A stretch of 64,000 nt of DNA, from the NCBI GenBank assembly GCA_951406725.2, contig OX597826.1, positions 33,356,001 to 33,420,000 of the forward strand. Direction: 5' to 3'. The first letter of the stretch is position 1, and each line of letters starts with the position of its first letter. Of the stretch, positions 25,491 to 39,531 are shown piece after piece. This DNA comes from Octopus vulgaris. Its lineage: Eukaryota. Made by a program: the position numbers and the translations under genes. The notes below the pieces were generated by a model. It was not told where the DNA came from. It did no database searches and was given only the letters and a program-made list of their open reading frames with translations.

Positions 25491-25580
25491 TCTTACCTGA
25501 TGAGAAGATTGCATCGTTTTTCCTTATTTTATTCCTTCTGGAATAATACCAGTGTTTTCTTTGAAACATATGTTGGAAAT
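25491..25580 (+). ncRNA. Type I hammerhead ribozyme motif with ~49-nt loop II
   Basis: CUGAUGA (25497), GAAGA..UCUUU, GAAA (25563), palindromic ACAUAUGU, then U. Stem I is weak. Confidence 0.5.
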
Positions 25581-25648
25581 ATAAAGAGAGAATTTGAATA
25601 ATACCTGTGTTTAACTCCATTTATTTATATATTCTTTTATATTTATAT

Positions 25649-25688
<40 letters not shown>

Positions 25689-25707
25689 TCACACACATAC
25701 ACACATT

Positions 25708-26018
25708 AGTGGGACCGATGCTAGGGCCATCTGACTGGATCCCGTTCTGGTGGCATGTAAAATAGACCATTCGAGTGTGGTCAATGCCAATGCCATCTGA
25801 CTGGAACCTGTGCTGGTGGTACGTGGAAAGCACCATTTGAGTGTGGCTTATGCTGGGGCTAACTGACTGTCTCCCATGCTGATAGCATGTAAAAAGCACC
25901 CACTACACACTTGGAGTGGTCGGCATTAGGAAGGGCATCCAACTATAGAAACCTTACCAGATCAGATTGGAGATTGGAAAGTGGACATTAAAATGATGAC
26001 GACGACGACGATGATGAT
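25708..26018 (+). mobile_element. RTE 3'-end fragment with ~3 array units
   Basis: ggtggcatgtaaaa units, then aaaagcacccactacac..aggaagggcatcc..ggacattaaaatgatgac. Confidence 0.8.
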
Positions 26019-28368
26019 ATACATACTGCTTATTTTTACTTGCTTCACAACTTAAATCAGTAAATAAATTTTGATATCTGCAAGAATTATATCACAACCT
26101 TTCTCTTGATCAGTCAAAAACACTACTTTTGATTGGTTCTTCTAACAAAAGTGTCTGTGAATTTTTAGCTGTAAATATATTCTCTAAAGTTCAGAAAATG
26201 TTTATTCAGTCAACAGTAATTGAATTAATGAAACCCGAGGGAAAAGTAATTAGATAATTACTAAACATGTTACATGTATCCTTTCATTTAATTCACTTGT
26301 AGAGTTTACTAGTTTTTCAATTGGAAGTCAAGGAACTTCTAGGCTCTACTGGAGTTTATTAAACCAGAGCAGGTGTTTTATAAATAGATTTAGGTTGAGC
26401 TAAGCAAGAGCTCTATCTTAAAGTAGGTTTACTATCTTGTAGACATGTTGCAAAACTAACAGAGTATAAAAGATTTATTTCAAGCACGTTAGCTTTATAA
26501 TTTGTTTATCACTTCACACCTAACAATTTCCACATCAACTCTGATTTGATAGGTGTTTGATAGGTGTCTGGTGTGGTCTGGTGTCCTTGCTTCCCTGCTG
26601 TACTTACCATTTTGTCAATAAGACGTATTTATAAGTATTTCCTTAGAACTCACTCTCTGTCTCTTTCTGTCTGTCTCAATCTCTGTCTCTCTCTCTCTCT
26701 GTCTCTCTCTCTCTGTCTCTGTTTCTCTCTCTCTCTCTCTCTTGCTAAGGGATTCTGAGAGTTGGCAACATGGTCCATCATGATGAAATTTAATTTAAGC
26801 ATTGGAGAAAGAGATTGTGAGCAGATAGATGGGAAGAGGAAGAGGTAGAAACAGAGGAATTGAAGATGAAGGAAAAAGAAGGGGAGAAAATGAAGAGAGA
26901 TTAAGAAGAAGAAGCAGAAGATAAAGAAGAATAAGGAGGAAGAGGATGATGATGAGGAGATGAAGAAGGAGGAGGAGGAAGACGAGGAGAGGAAAACAGA
27001 GGAAGAGGAGGAGGAGGAGGAAGAAGAAGAAGAAGAAAGAGAAGAAGAAGAAGAAGAAGAAGGTGTAACAAAACAAACAGGATGCAAATTAAATGATATT
27101 GACAATGATGAAGTTGATGATGACAGTGACAAGCATATCAGTAATAATGATGACGACAATGATGATGCTGGAAATGATGATGATGATGATAATGGTGGTT
27201 GTGGTGGTGGTGATGTTGATGATGAGAATAAATAACAAAAGGAAGAAATAGCTTCCAAAATTTAATCTGCAATAGGAAGTGAAATACGAAAATGCAGCCT
27301 TCAATTCTAATCTGCAAGAATGGTGAAAGTAAATACCTTGTCGAAAGTTAGAATCGGTTCCTCTAAAAATACAAAACTGAACTTGGAAACCTTTTCGTTA
27401 CGTATCGATTTACTGAAAATGTAGAATGTGCTGCTAGAATCTGTGACAGAGACACACATTTTTATTGAATTTTAAAATTAATATGAAATTGAGAAAATTA
27501 ATTTGGAAAGGTCAAAAATTCGGAAAGATGCTAAATTGATGCCGCTATAACAGTCTCTAATCCGTGCTTATCAATACATTCCAAATTCTAAATTTACAAA
27601 AGATGCTTGCACAAGAAAAATCTCAATCTCCTACTCTCTCCCCGCCTCTCTTTCTCCCTCCCTTTCTGCCCGCCCATTTGTCTGTCTGTCTGTCTGTCTG
27701 TCTCTCCCTCTATCTACTTCGATATACTAAATCTTTATCCCTCTCTCTTTATTTCTCTTCCATATAACTCTCACCCTTTCCCTTCTCTTTCTTTTTCTTT
27801 TCTTCTCATTGTTTCTCTTCGTCTTTTCTTTTTCTATATTTTAATTTACTGCCACATAATTCCTTCGTAATCCCATCTTGAAAGAAAACAGTTTAAGAAA
27901 GATGCGTTGCTCTCTAGACAGTAGAAGTAATATTTAGTCATGCATAGAGTGATATCTGTGTAATATAGCTCAGAATTATTTTAAAAACAGTTTCCTTTAT
28001 TTTGTCTTGTTTCAATTTTCTGAAATTCTCCTTTTTTTTTTATTACTTTCTTTCTTTCTATTTTTGCCTATTTTACTTTTATTTATTTATTTATTTTCCT
28101 ATTTTTAAAAAATTTTTATTTTTATTTCGAAGTCCGCAGTAATCAAATCATGTTGTGGACTGGCATTTTAACTTAGCTGCATTTTAACTTTTGGAATAAA
28201 AGCAAATTATGAAAAGTAAATACAATAATAATTATAATAATAATAATAATAATAATCATAAGGATAATAAATATAATAATAATAATAACTACATGAGCAG
28301 TCATAATAATAATGACGATGATAATAAAAATAATAATAATGATGATGATGATGATGATGATGGTGGTG

Positions 28369-28415
<47 letters not shown>

Positions 28416-28513
28416 CAACAATAAGAACAATAAGAATAGTAGTAGTTGTAATAATAATAATAGTAATAATAATAATAATAATAATGATGATAATGATGGT
28501 GGTGGTAATAATA

Positions 28514-28571
<58 letters not shown>

Positions 28572-29389
28572 TAGTAATGATATTAATAATAATACTGATA
28601 ATGATAATGATAATGATGATGATGATGATAATAATCCAAAAATATCTAATGTAAATATAAGAACACAAACAGAAGTAAAATACAAAAAAAAAACAAACAA
28701 AGAAATTAAAAAAAAACCTAGAAGACACCAAACTATGTTATCAGATGAAAAACTCTTTTAGATTTAAAACAACCAGAATTGGAAACAAATAGAAAAAAAA
28801 AAAAAAACTAAAACAAAAAGTAAAGAATTATTTAAAGAAATATAGGCTAGTTCCAACACGAAAACTTAGTCATCAAGAGGAAAAAGAGATTAATTCTATG
28901 TGATAGATGTTTCAATCTCCAGCCATCGGATCGATGTTTTAAATCCTGAAACTTCACTATTCTGGATCCACCCCTTTCTTTCTCTTTGTTGTTGAAAAGA
29001 AGGATTAAATGGTGATATTGTTTAATTAGTGTTATGTAGAATATGTGTCTGTATGTAGGTGTGTGTGTGTGCGTGGATTGCTTTCTATGTATGTATGTAA
29101 GTGTATGTGAGTGTATTATCTATGCATCAATTTATGTGTTTGGATATTATTAAACAGCATTTATATATGTGTTGGTCTCTGTGATACTGTTATATAAAAT
29201 ATGTGCGTATATGTGTGTATATTTATGCATCAATATATATGTGTGCATCCGTGTGTGTCTGTATATTATGTAGCATGTATGAATGTTAGTCTGTGTACGT
29301 AATACAATTAAATACAATGCATGTGTACATGTATGTGAGTTGCTTTCCATGCATGTGTGTTGTAAATGTGCTTCCCTGTGCATTTATGC

Positions 29390-29425
<36 letters not shown>

Positions 29426-29995
29426 CTTTCTATATATTTGTCAGTATATTTTGTGGTATATATATATATATTTGCTTTTAGATTATGAGGCATATATATG
29501 TGCTAGTTTGTGTATGTGTGGTGCTTAAATATCGTAATGTGTAAATTATGCATGTGAAGCACTTCCATGTTTGCATGTAAACATGTATTTCTGTATGTCT
29601 TTACATGTGTATATATTAGTCTGCATATTTGACGTTTTATTAGTGGTGTATATATAATATGCATGTGTCTGTGTGTAATTGCTAACATTCACTGTATAAT
29701 GTATGTGTTAGTTTTCTTGCTTGATTGTGTTTGTATGCCAATGTATGTTGGCAAATATTACACTATATGTGTGTGCTATGCATATGGATGCAAGCATGGC
29801 CAAGTGGTAGACAGATTTGCTTTGCAGCTATGAGGCTGCAGGTTCGATTCTCATGTGTATCATCTTGGTAGATATCTTTTACCATAACCTTGGATGGATC
29901 TAAATTTTGCAAGTGAAACTGGGTAAATGGAAACTGCATGGGAGAGTATTGGACAGAATATACTTGAAATTTAGAAGATGCAGTCTTGTCACATA

Positions 29996-30797
29996 CAGTA
30001 TGTTCTGGCTAAATTTAACGATTTTTATGTCTCCCTTTTTTTTTAGGAATACCTTGATGTATGGGTGAACAGTCAATGGTATTGGAGAGCATAAAAATTA
30101 AAGCTTAGTTGCAAAAACCATTAGCTGGCAAGGAAGAGTGGAAGCCATCTGAATATTGGTAAGGAGTTACCTATATCATGAAGATTTGTACCGATTATCA
30201 AGATGTGAACATTATGATTGCTGCATGATGTTCTGTGAATATTACAAAAACTGTAAGACATGACATGGACTGCTGCAATGGAGACGACGAAGCTGTGGTC
30301 AGGAGGGAGAGACAAATGCTGGAATTCATCGTTGAATTGGACATTAGGCTATGTGAAGCTGCTGGAGACTGTGGACAAACCCTGACTGTAAAGGATTGCT
30401 GCTGGAAGGCCATATGTGTGGCAACATGGTTCGGCTCCTTGTCATACCTTCGATAAGAGTCAGAAATAGTTGTTGGAGAATTTCTATGACTATACCAGCC
30501 CCAATTTCTGGTCTTTTAATTCCCTCAGTTGTACTCTGATGGATTACTATATGCGAGGTAAAATTGAGAAAGACACCACAGTTTTAGCTGTAATGCCAGT
30601 GCCAAGCCAATGGCCAAGATCAAGGAAGTGCTCAAAGATCTTTTGAGGCCAGGGTGGAAGCTGAGGGTAGCTTCTTTGAGTAAACTGTTATATCCCAGCC
30701 ATAGTCTAGTCGATATTTTTTGACTTTTAAAAATATTTTGGAGATTTTACTTTCTTTTCATTTTATTTAAACTGCCAAATTTAGTCCTGACACCCTG
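29996..30797 (+). mobile_element. Internally deleted maT/DD37D transposon
   Basis: GRPYVWQH(G)SAPCHTFDKSQK*LLENFYDYTSPNFWSFNSLSCTLM(D)YY gives 37-aa spacing. Degenerate TIRs ta-cagtatgttctggctaaattt / aaatttagtcctgacaccctg. Confidence 0.8.
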
Positions 30798-30851
30798 CAC
30801 TCTGTCACGTTGATTTTATTTAAGAATTATGTTAAGGGTACATGGGTCTGT

Positions 30852-31158
30852 GTGGAGGTACATGACCCTGGGGTTAGAGTAGTGAACTCACAGTCGAGTG
30901 ATCACAGATTCAAATCTCAGACCAGGCGATGTGTGTGTTTATGAGTGGAACACCTAATCTCCATGCAGCCCCAGCAGAAAGTAATGGTGAACTTCTACTG
31001 ACTTCTTCGCCGCAACTTTCTTTCATTCTTTCCTCCTGCATCAATCAGCTCACCTGTGACAGACAGGTGTCCCATCTAGGTGGGGAACCTATACGCCAAT
31101 GAAACTGGGAAACCAGCCCTTATGAGCCAGGCATGGCTCAAGAAGGAACACGCAACAT
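30852..31158 (+). mobile_element. V-domain-like tRNA SINE with TSD (same family as 4995-5300)
   Basis: Collinear with 4995-5300; TSD atgggtctgt at 30842-30851 and 31159-31168. Confidence 0.85.
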
Positions 31159-31324
31159 ATGGGTCTGTGGAGTACTCAGACACTCTGAACACTAATTCTG
31201 TGGATCCTTGTATTTAGAATTGTGCATGTTATTGGTATCATTTAGCTCTAGGTTAGAACTAACAGAGAGCATCTATGATCATAGGAGGCATCCCATCTGT
31301 GACCACCCTGTATTTTACTTATGC

Positions 31325-31505
31325 TTAACCCTTTAGTATTCAAACTGGCCATATCAGGCCTATCACATTTACCTTACAATGTCATTCTAAAAGTAAAACA
31401 ATCACATCATTGAAATCTTAAACCTACAAGATATGATAAATTGCAAACAAAATGAAAAAATAAGCCTTACATTTGGTAGAATAATCTAAACACAAAAAGA
31501 ATTAA
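31325..31505. mobile_element. TTAA MITE family A
   Basis: Starts ttaaccctttagtattcaaac; body matches the other copies. Confidence 0.7.
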
Positions 31506-32339
31506 GGAATCCAGAGAACAACAACAACAACAATACGACCACCACCATAACCCCACCCCTACTGTCACCATCACTGCCAAAACAACCATTGCCACTACCA
31601 TCATCACTACCACCACCGCCGTGGCCCACCACCACCTCCACCATCACTTCTATTACGACCAATACTATAACCTTCACCTTCATCACCTCCACTCCCATTG
31701 CCTTTTTGGCTGGTAAAAGCATCATCCTTTAATCTCTGCAAGAATGTGAAGAAATTCCTTTTGCTGAATCAAAGAAAAAAAAAGAATAGACTCCATTCTT
31801 GGTGGCTAAAAGAAGAAGACAGGAAGAACATGCTAACCATTTCCTACCAACCATTATACTAACATAACCAGAATCGTTTCATATGAAATATATATTAAGA
31901 AAGATCTTATGACAACATGAGCACTTAATTAAAGAAACATGATATTGGATTCTAATTTTATGAATAAAAGTTGAAACAAGACAATGGGATTGGGAAATAT
32001 ATATTTTGTAAGGTGATAATAGTGCAGTGCAAAACCTGGGTCAACAAACGTATATATATATATATATATATAGTTAATCCAAACAAGAAAACACAGAAAA
32101 AAACACAGCAACGCGAGGCCGTGGAACAATTAAAGTATTATTTGACGCTCAGGAAAGAAGGGAAGGAGGGTTAGATTTCCAAGTGGTAGAAGAGACTAGA
32201 ACTGACTATGGTGACCATGAGAGATTGGCAAAAGTGTTGGTCAAGCCTTTGTCACTTAAATCCAATGATACACAGAGATCTCCATCTATCATCAGTGAGA
32301 TGGCTATCATATAACAAGATGAAACAATCGTCATTGTAC

Positions 32340-32371
<32 letters not shown>

Positions 32372-32658
32372 ACGTGTGTGTGTGTGTGCGTGTGCGTGTG
32401 TATGTGTGTGTGTGTCTGTGTGTGTGTGTGTGTGCGTTTGTGTGTTTCTTGCAGTGGAATTGTGCTAGTGACCAAGTTGCAATTGGTGTGCTGAAAATTT
32501 TGACACTGTATAATAAATGACTGGATGATGTCATCAGTTTTTGTGTGTTTTTGGATGGTTTAATAAGTGTCTTTCATGCTGTAACTGCTTTAGTTACAAC
32601 ACATGGTATCAGGTCAAATCACTTGCTAGGCAAGTATACCTCTGAAAATATATATATG

Positions 32659-32706
<48 letters not shown>

Positions 32707-32761
32707 GATATAGATATATACATATGTATGTACATATACATATGTGTGTATATATACAAAC

Positions 32762-32813
<52 letters not shown>

Positions 32814-33269
32814 CACGTGTTTGGCCAGACTATAGGATGTTGTTATACATCACTAATCACAATGTGCTTTACATTGTTTTAACTTTGAATGATGGCACCC
32901 CACTGGCTAGGTGAGCAGATCAATTCATATATACATGCACATACATACGTGCGCACACACACACACGTATGTTTTATATATATATATATGTATGCATATA
33001 TTTGTATACGTATGTATTGTTTTAAGTGGAATGAACAAGCAGTACCAGAAACAAGAGAATGAATATTGAGAAAATTTCTCTGGCCTGGATAATGGGACGA
33101 GAACAATCTACTTACCCATGCGGAATGAATAACAAGTCTGGCTTGAAATTCTAAGAATGTTACTGAATATGAAAGGTGCTTGAGGAAGGTCATTAGGTGC
33201 AATGGCTCTAATGTGGTAACTATAGTAACCAAACATGAAGACACTAGTCAGAAGATATATAAACGTATA

Positions 33270-33435
33270 ATTAGTGTTTCTAATTTAGGAACGAGGACAG
33301 CAGTTTTAAGGAGACGGGTTCTTTTTAGCCAATACTATTGATCCTAGTGCTTACCTGGTTCTTTGTTTAAGTGGCCCTTGTGAGATGGGAGGTGAAGTTG
33401 ACCTTTGCAAGATTTGAACTCAGAATATAAAGGAC
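33270..33435 (-). mobile_element. Family-2 SINE remnant
   Basis: gttgacctt..gatttgaactcagaatataaag. Confidence 0.55.
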
Positions 33436-34819
33436 TGAGATAATATGATAATGACAGTTGGCAGTATCATTGTCTTCATCATTGCTATCATCGTTGGTGT
33501 CATCATAATCATCATCGTTGTCATCATCATCGTTGTCATCATCATAATTATCATCATCATCATCATCATCATCATAATAATAATAATAATAATGATCCTC
33601 ATTGTCATCATTGTAGTCATCCTCATTATCATTAACATCATCGTTGTCATCATAAGCTTCATTTTCATGATCATTGTCATCATTGTTGTCATCATCATCC
33701 TCATCAATATTAACATCATCCTTACCATTGCTCGTCATCATCATCATCATCATAATAATAATAATAATCTTCATTGTCATCATTGTAGTCATCCTCATTA
33801 TCATTAACATCATCGTTGTCATCATAAGCTTCATTACCAAGATCATTGTCATCGTTGTTGTCATCATCATCCTCATCAACATTAGCATCATCATTACTAT
33901 TGTTGTCATCATCATCTTCATCATCAACATCATAGCTTTTACTGTTATCATTACCGTCATCATTTTAATGCCTAGATTTCAGGTTCAATCTCAATGCTTG
34001 TTATCTCAAATAAGTGTCTCTTACCATAACTTTGAATCATGGAATTACTTTGATGGAAACTGGGTAGAAGCCCATTATATTGAGTTTACATGTTATTCTT
34101 GAAGTTCTACTCTTGTCACAGTCACACATTGTGCCATGTTGATTCAGTCTGGGATTATGTTTTAAAGGCTACATTTTACTCAGGAGTACTCAACCACTTA
34201 CTTTAAGAAATAAATACTTAAGTAGCTTGAGTGACTGAATAGTCATCATCAAAACCAGTGAAAGATCCAAAAGTAACCTTCTAGCAATTGTCCTCATCAA
34301 GTTCGCCTTCAGAGGTGGGTTTCTGGAGAACCAGCTGGACAGAAGAAGATCTGTCTACAAACAGGTGAATCTAACATGGTGCCAATCAATAGAAGGTAAA
34401 AACATGAAAATTATCCCTCAAGTCCAGCACAGCATCAATGAATAGTGTGTGGAGGCACAAAACCCCTCACACAAAAACCAACATTTTATCAACAGATTAT
34501 GTGTGGGGACATAATCCTTACTTGCATATCTCGTATGCATCTGCTCTGGAATTTAGCTGCTGTTGGTGGCTATAGCCTCTGTATTTGCAGATATTCTATA
34601 GAAAACTTGAGTAAAACTACTTATTACATTATGTCTTATGATTTAGGTGGTCCTTCCACTTTCACAGTAACCCAGTAAACCAATTATATCCACAAGAAAC
34701 ATTCAAAGAAAATTATTACTGAAGGCTAATGAAACACTCATCACTTTTACAGTGTTTCCACTGTTTGTGGCAAGGATTTCTTTATATGCTGTGTTGCTCC
34801 CAGTTTACAGCTAGGCTGC

Positions 34820-35162
34820 TCAATCCTGAGTCATATAGACTCATAGGACCAGTTTCCTGGATTCTGTGGTGTATATATTCTCTCTCTGGATGGGATACCA
34901 GTCTGTCCCAGGAAAACTTAGTTTTCCAGCTGAGTGGACTGGAGCAAAGTGAAAAGACTCATAGGACCAGTTTCCTGGATTCTGTGATGTATATATTCTC
35001 CCTCTGGATGGGACACCAGTCTGTCCCAGGAAAACTCAGTTTTCCAGCTGAGTGGACTGGAAAAAAGTGAAATGAAGTGTTTTGCTCAAGAGCTCAATGC
35101 AGAGCCCAGTCCAGGAATTGAAAACACTATCTTGCACTCTAACCACTAAGCCACGTTCCTAC
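34820..35162 (-). mobile_element. tRNA SINE (CORE-like plus V-like) with a ~119-bp internal tandem duplication
   Basis: Head gtggcttagtggttagag and cttgagcaaaacacttc. Unit agactcataggaccagtttcctgg..gagtggactgg occurs at ~34837 and ~34956. Confidence 0.75.
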
Positions 35163-35189
35163 ACCAGACAAAGAGACTGGGCTATTTGA

Positions 35190-35594
35190 TAGTTATCCCT
35201 TTTGCTATTATATATCTCTTGAAATACACTGCTCTTCTCTCAGTTAAGTTTTTTAAATAATTAAAAGTTCAGTAAAATAACCTGACAACTAATCATTATT
35301 AAGTTGACACTTGAAACATAAATGAATTGGAATTTTGAAGGAAGGTTTTAATTTCGATCAATTTAACCTTTTTCCAAACATATTTCTGTTTTGAAATACA
35401 CTGTTTTTGTTTCATTTAATTTTGGAAATAATGTAGAATTTAGTAAAATAACTTAGTCATTATCAAGCTGGCATTTGGAACATAAATTAACATAGAATCT
35501 TAATGGGACCTTTTAATTTAGACTGCTTTAAAACAGGAAGTTTGCATCATAGAACCAGTTGCAGTCTCAGATGTGTTTGTATCAAAAGTGTTTA
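35190..35594. mobile_element. Two tandem or nested copies of MITE family B
   Basis: ttatcccttttgct..gaaatacactg..agtaaaataac is repeated from ttaaccttttt (~35363) and ends atcaaaagtgttta. Confidence 0.65.
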
Positions 35595-36203
35595 GTGTAT
35601 TGGTTATGTACGCAATACTGTGTCAGTGGACAAAGATATGAATGGTTGACCCTGAACAAACTGCTGGTCATTTAGTGCATTATTGATCTGACCAACCATA
35701 CAATCTCAGTGAATGAAACTTCTGTAAAAATAATAACATGCTGCGAGAAACAAAGCATACATACAGACAAACAATAGCAAACTCACGCACACACACACAC
35801 AGACTTACATGTGCAATCCTTCACACAAACATAGCATAGAAACACATACATACACACATATATTTAGAGAGAGAGAGAGAAAGAGAGATATACTTATATG
35901 ATTATATATAAATAGATTGATAAATATCTATACATATATATATACGCATACATGCACACACACTATATATATATATTCATACATATATATAAATACATAT
36001 ATACATATGTGTGTATATATATATGTGTATATAGACACACATACATATACATATACATACATACATATATATATGTATATATATATATATATTTACATAT
36101 AATTAATTAATAAGGGTGAGAGAATTAGATACTAATTTAATAGTATATTTATTCCACACCAAGTGGCCTAGTGCTACGAGAAACCTGGATTATTATAATA
36201 TTT

Positions 36204-36278
36204 TATAACATATTATAATATTTTCACAAAATAAATAAATCTTATATTTATTTTGTGAAAATATTATAATATGTTATA
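36204..36278. repeat. Perfect 34-bp-arm hairpin with 7-nt loop
   Basis: tataacatattataatattttcacaaaataaata / tatttattttgtgaaaatattataatatgttata. Confidence 0.85.
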
Positions 36279-36719
36279 TTTACATATATATATACATGTA
36301 TACACACACACGCACATATATATATATATGAATGTGTGTGAGTATGTATGTACTTACATAATCACTCGCAGATATGTACATTGACAAAAGCTATAAGAAG
36401 GCAGATTTTTACCAAGTTGCTACAATACTCTTTGAAAAATCAATACTCTAACTGCAAAATCAAAGAGAAAATTCACTCTTGGTTATTCTCATGTCGTCTC
36501 TGGTTCCACTTTTCTTAACTTAGCTCAGATTCCTCCTCCCCTCCTCTCCTCCTCCACCTTCCCTTTTCCTCTTCTTCTTCCACCTCACTTTTATTTTATT
36601 TTGCTTTACATTCATTCTGTTTTTTTCTATGATGTTTTTTATTTTCTTTGTTTTGTTTTTGTGTTTTGTTTGTTTTCATAATTGTTATTTATTTTTGTTT
36701 GTTGTATTCGTTATTATTA

Positions 36720-36790
<71 letters not shown>

Positions 36791-36822
36791 ATTGCTGTTA
36801 TTGTTATTATTATTATTATTAA

Positions 36823-36862
<40 letters not shown>

Positions 36863-37096
36863 GTTGTTGTTGCTATTGTCTACTTATTTACCTGGATGCC
36901 ATGTCTCATTAAATGTAGGAATGTCAGTTAAATTGACAAAGTCATAAGCCAACTCTATAGAAATATAACAACAACAGAAACAACAACAACAATTGGAATA
37001 AAAACAATAATATTAATAATAATAATGATGATGATGGTGATGTTGAAGATGATGATAATAATAATAATAATAATAATGAAGATTATAATATTAAAA

Positions 37097-37134
<38 letters not shown>

Positions 37135-37320
37135 GGATGTTGATGAAGATGATCATGATAATAATAATGTTAAATAAATATAATAATAATGGGGATGATA
37201 ATAATAAATTGGCGAAAGAAAAGGAAGAGTATGATATAAAAGCCATAAAAAATGTGACAAACAAAAATGAAATTGAGAATAAGAAGGATTATAAGCCTGA
37301 TTGTAATGGTGATGGTGATG

Positions 37321-37394
<74 letters not shown>

Positions 37395-37485
37395 GGTGAT
37401 GATGATGATGATGATGATGATGGTAATAATAATAATGATAATAATGATAATAATAATAATGATAATAATGATAATAATAATAATG

Positions 37486-37532
<47 letters not shown>

Positions 37533-38228
37533 TATAACAGTTGTAGAAAAAATAGTTGCATTACTATCAGCAGCAGCAGTAGCAGCAGTAGTAGAAGTAG
37601 TATCAACAGTAACAATTACAACACTAATAATAATGGTTATGATGATGATGATGATGATGATGGTTGTGGTGGTGATGATGATGATGGTGATGGTAATAAT
37701 GAGCAATGATTCTGGTAAAAAAAATGTAAGAAAATCACCAATAAACTTGCTCAAGAATTGCCAGTAATTTTCTATTGTCAGCTTGTCATCTGTTGACTCC
37801 ATAACTTTCACTTGTAGCCACAGAAATCAAATCAAATATAAGGAAATAATAATAAATAAATAAATAAAACATAAATATATATATATATGAAAAAAAAAAC
37901 AAAGAAAAAATAACTGAAAATCCAAGAGACTGAAGAATGAACAACAGCAGCAACAATAACAAAAACACCAGTAATAAAGCAATGACTGGAACTGAAATAA
38001 AACAAAAAAATCCAAAAAGGATGGGAAGAACAAATGCAGCATTTTCAGTCTCTTCAGAAAGAAGACTTTTGTCTGTATATGTCAAAATATATATATATAT
38101 ATATATAAATTTAAATAATCAGAAAATGGAGACAACTTTAGATCGACAAACAAATAAATTGGACCACATCTGTAGATTATTTTTTAATACATCTCTTTGT
38201 CAGTTACTATAACCGCTAACTCGGCTTA

Positions 38229-38268
<40 letters not shown>

Positions 38269-38469
38269 GACAGTTGTGGTGTGTTCTGTTAAGAACATAT
38301 TAGAGTACTAATAGAGCTCGTTCATCCTTAGACTTCCCAAAATAAATGGTCAGAGTATTATTATGGTATGTTACCAATTCTAGTCTTAGGTATTACTCGT
38401 GCATTTCAAAGGAGCCATGGATGTAATAGCATAGAAAACTAGATTTACTCACGGAAACAGCAATTAAAT

Positions 38470-38552
38470 ATTGCCTGAGGAGATACGCATGGATCTTCCT
38501 ATACAGGTAAATCGTTACCTAATTTAATTTAAATTTGAATTTAAGTTTAAAT

Positions 38553-38620
<68 letters not shown>

Positions 38621-38665
38621 CATGTATACATATATATGTATATGTATCGAAACATTTGTAGTGAT
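38470..38665 (+). ncRNA. Type I hammerhead motif with a ~157-nt loop II containing (TA)n
   Basis: AUUGC-CUGAGGA-GAUAC [38487-38643] GUAUC-GAAA-CAUUUGU-A-GUGAU. All three stems pair and the site is GUA. Confidence 0.6.
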
Positions 38666-39094
38666 CATTAAAAAGCTGCCTAACTGTACTTACTCTTCCA
38701 TTTCATGACTCTTTTACTCTTTACTTTTTATACATATATTCATATATATATATATACACATATATACTAACTCCTATGGAGGGCTCTTCATTGGGCTTTG
38801 GGCCCAATAATGACACTTAATGCATTGAGTACTTGTTATATTTTATTGAACTTGACCAATATTTTGCAAGCAATGAACAATTTTCATCAAAACAATGATA
38901 TAATTTGTCAACTTGGAACTTATTGCAAAGCTGCATGATAAACAACATTTTTTTGTTTTCCCATTCAGGGATCAGTACAATTGCTTTTCTCTCTAGCCCC
39001 TCTCTCTCTCTTTCTGTTTATTGTTTTCAACCATCACCAGATCCACCACCATCGTTACCAAACTGCCATATACACACTATTCTGCTGCTGATGA

Positions 39095-39146
<52 letters not shown>

Positions 39147-39192
39147 TCCTTTACTTGTTTCAGTCATTTCACTGCGACCATGCTGGAGTACC

Positions 39193-39327
39193 GCATCCAG
39201 CTGAAGAAACCTTGCCAAATCAGATTGGTGCCTGGAGTGGGCTCCCAGCTTGCCAGTTCTCAGTCAAACCATCCAACCCATGCCAGCATGGAAAGCGGAC
39301 GTTAAACGATGCTGATGACAATGATGA
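39193..39327 (+). mobile_element. RTE extreme 3' end
   Basis: gcatccagctgaagaaacc..ccaacccatgccagcatggaaagcggacgttaaacgatg. Confidence 0.8.
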
Positions 39328-39500
39328 AGGATAGATAAACAGAAAGAGAGATTGATAGATATATAGATTGATTGACTGATTGATTGATGGATTGATGACA
39401 TTCACACCCACACACAAACACACATACTGTTACATAGAGAGAGACACTCACACAAACACATATACATATATATATATATGTGTGTATATATATATATATA

Positions 39501-39531
<31 letters not shown>

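Noticed and set aside
33600-33891. ~120-bp duplication (period ~171) within a (CAT)n field
   Set aside because: Ordinary slippage or unequal exchange in low-complexity DNA.
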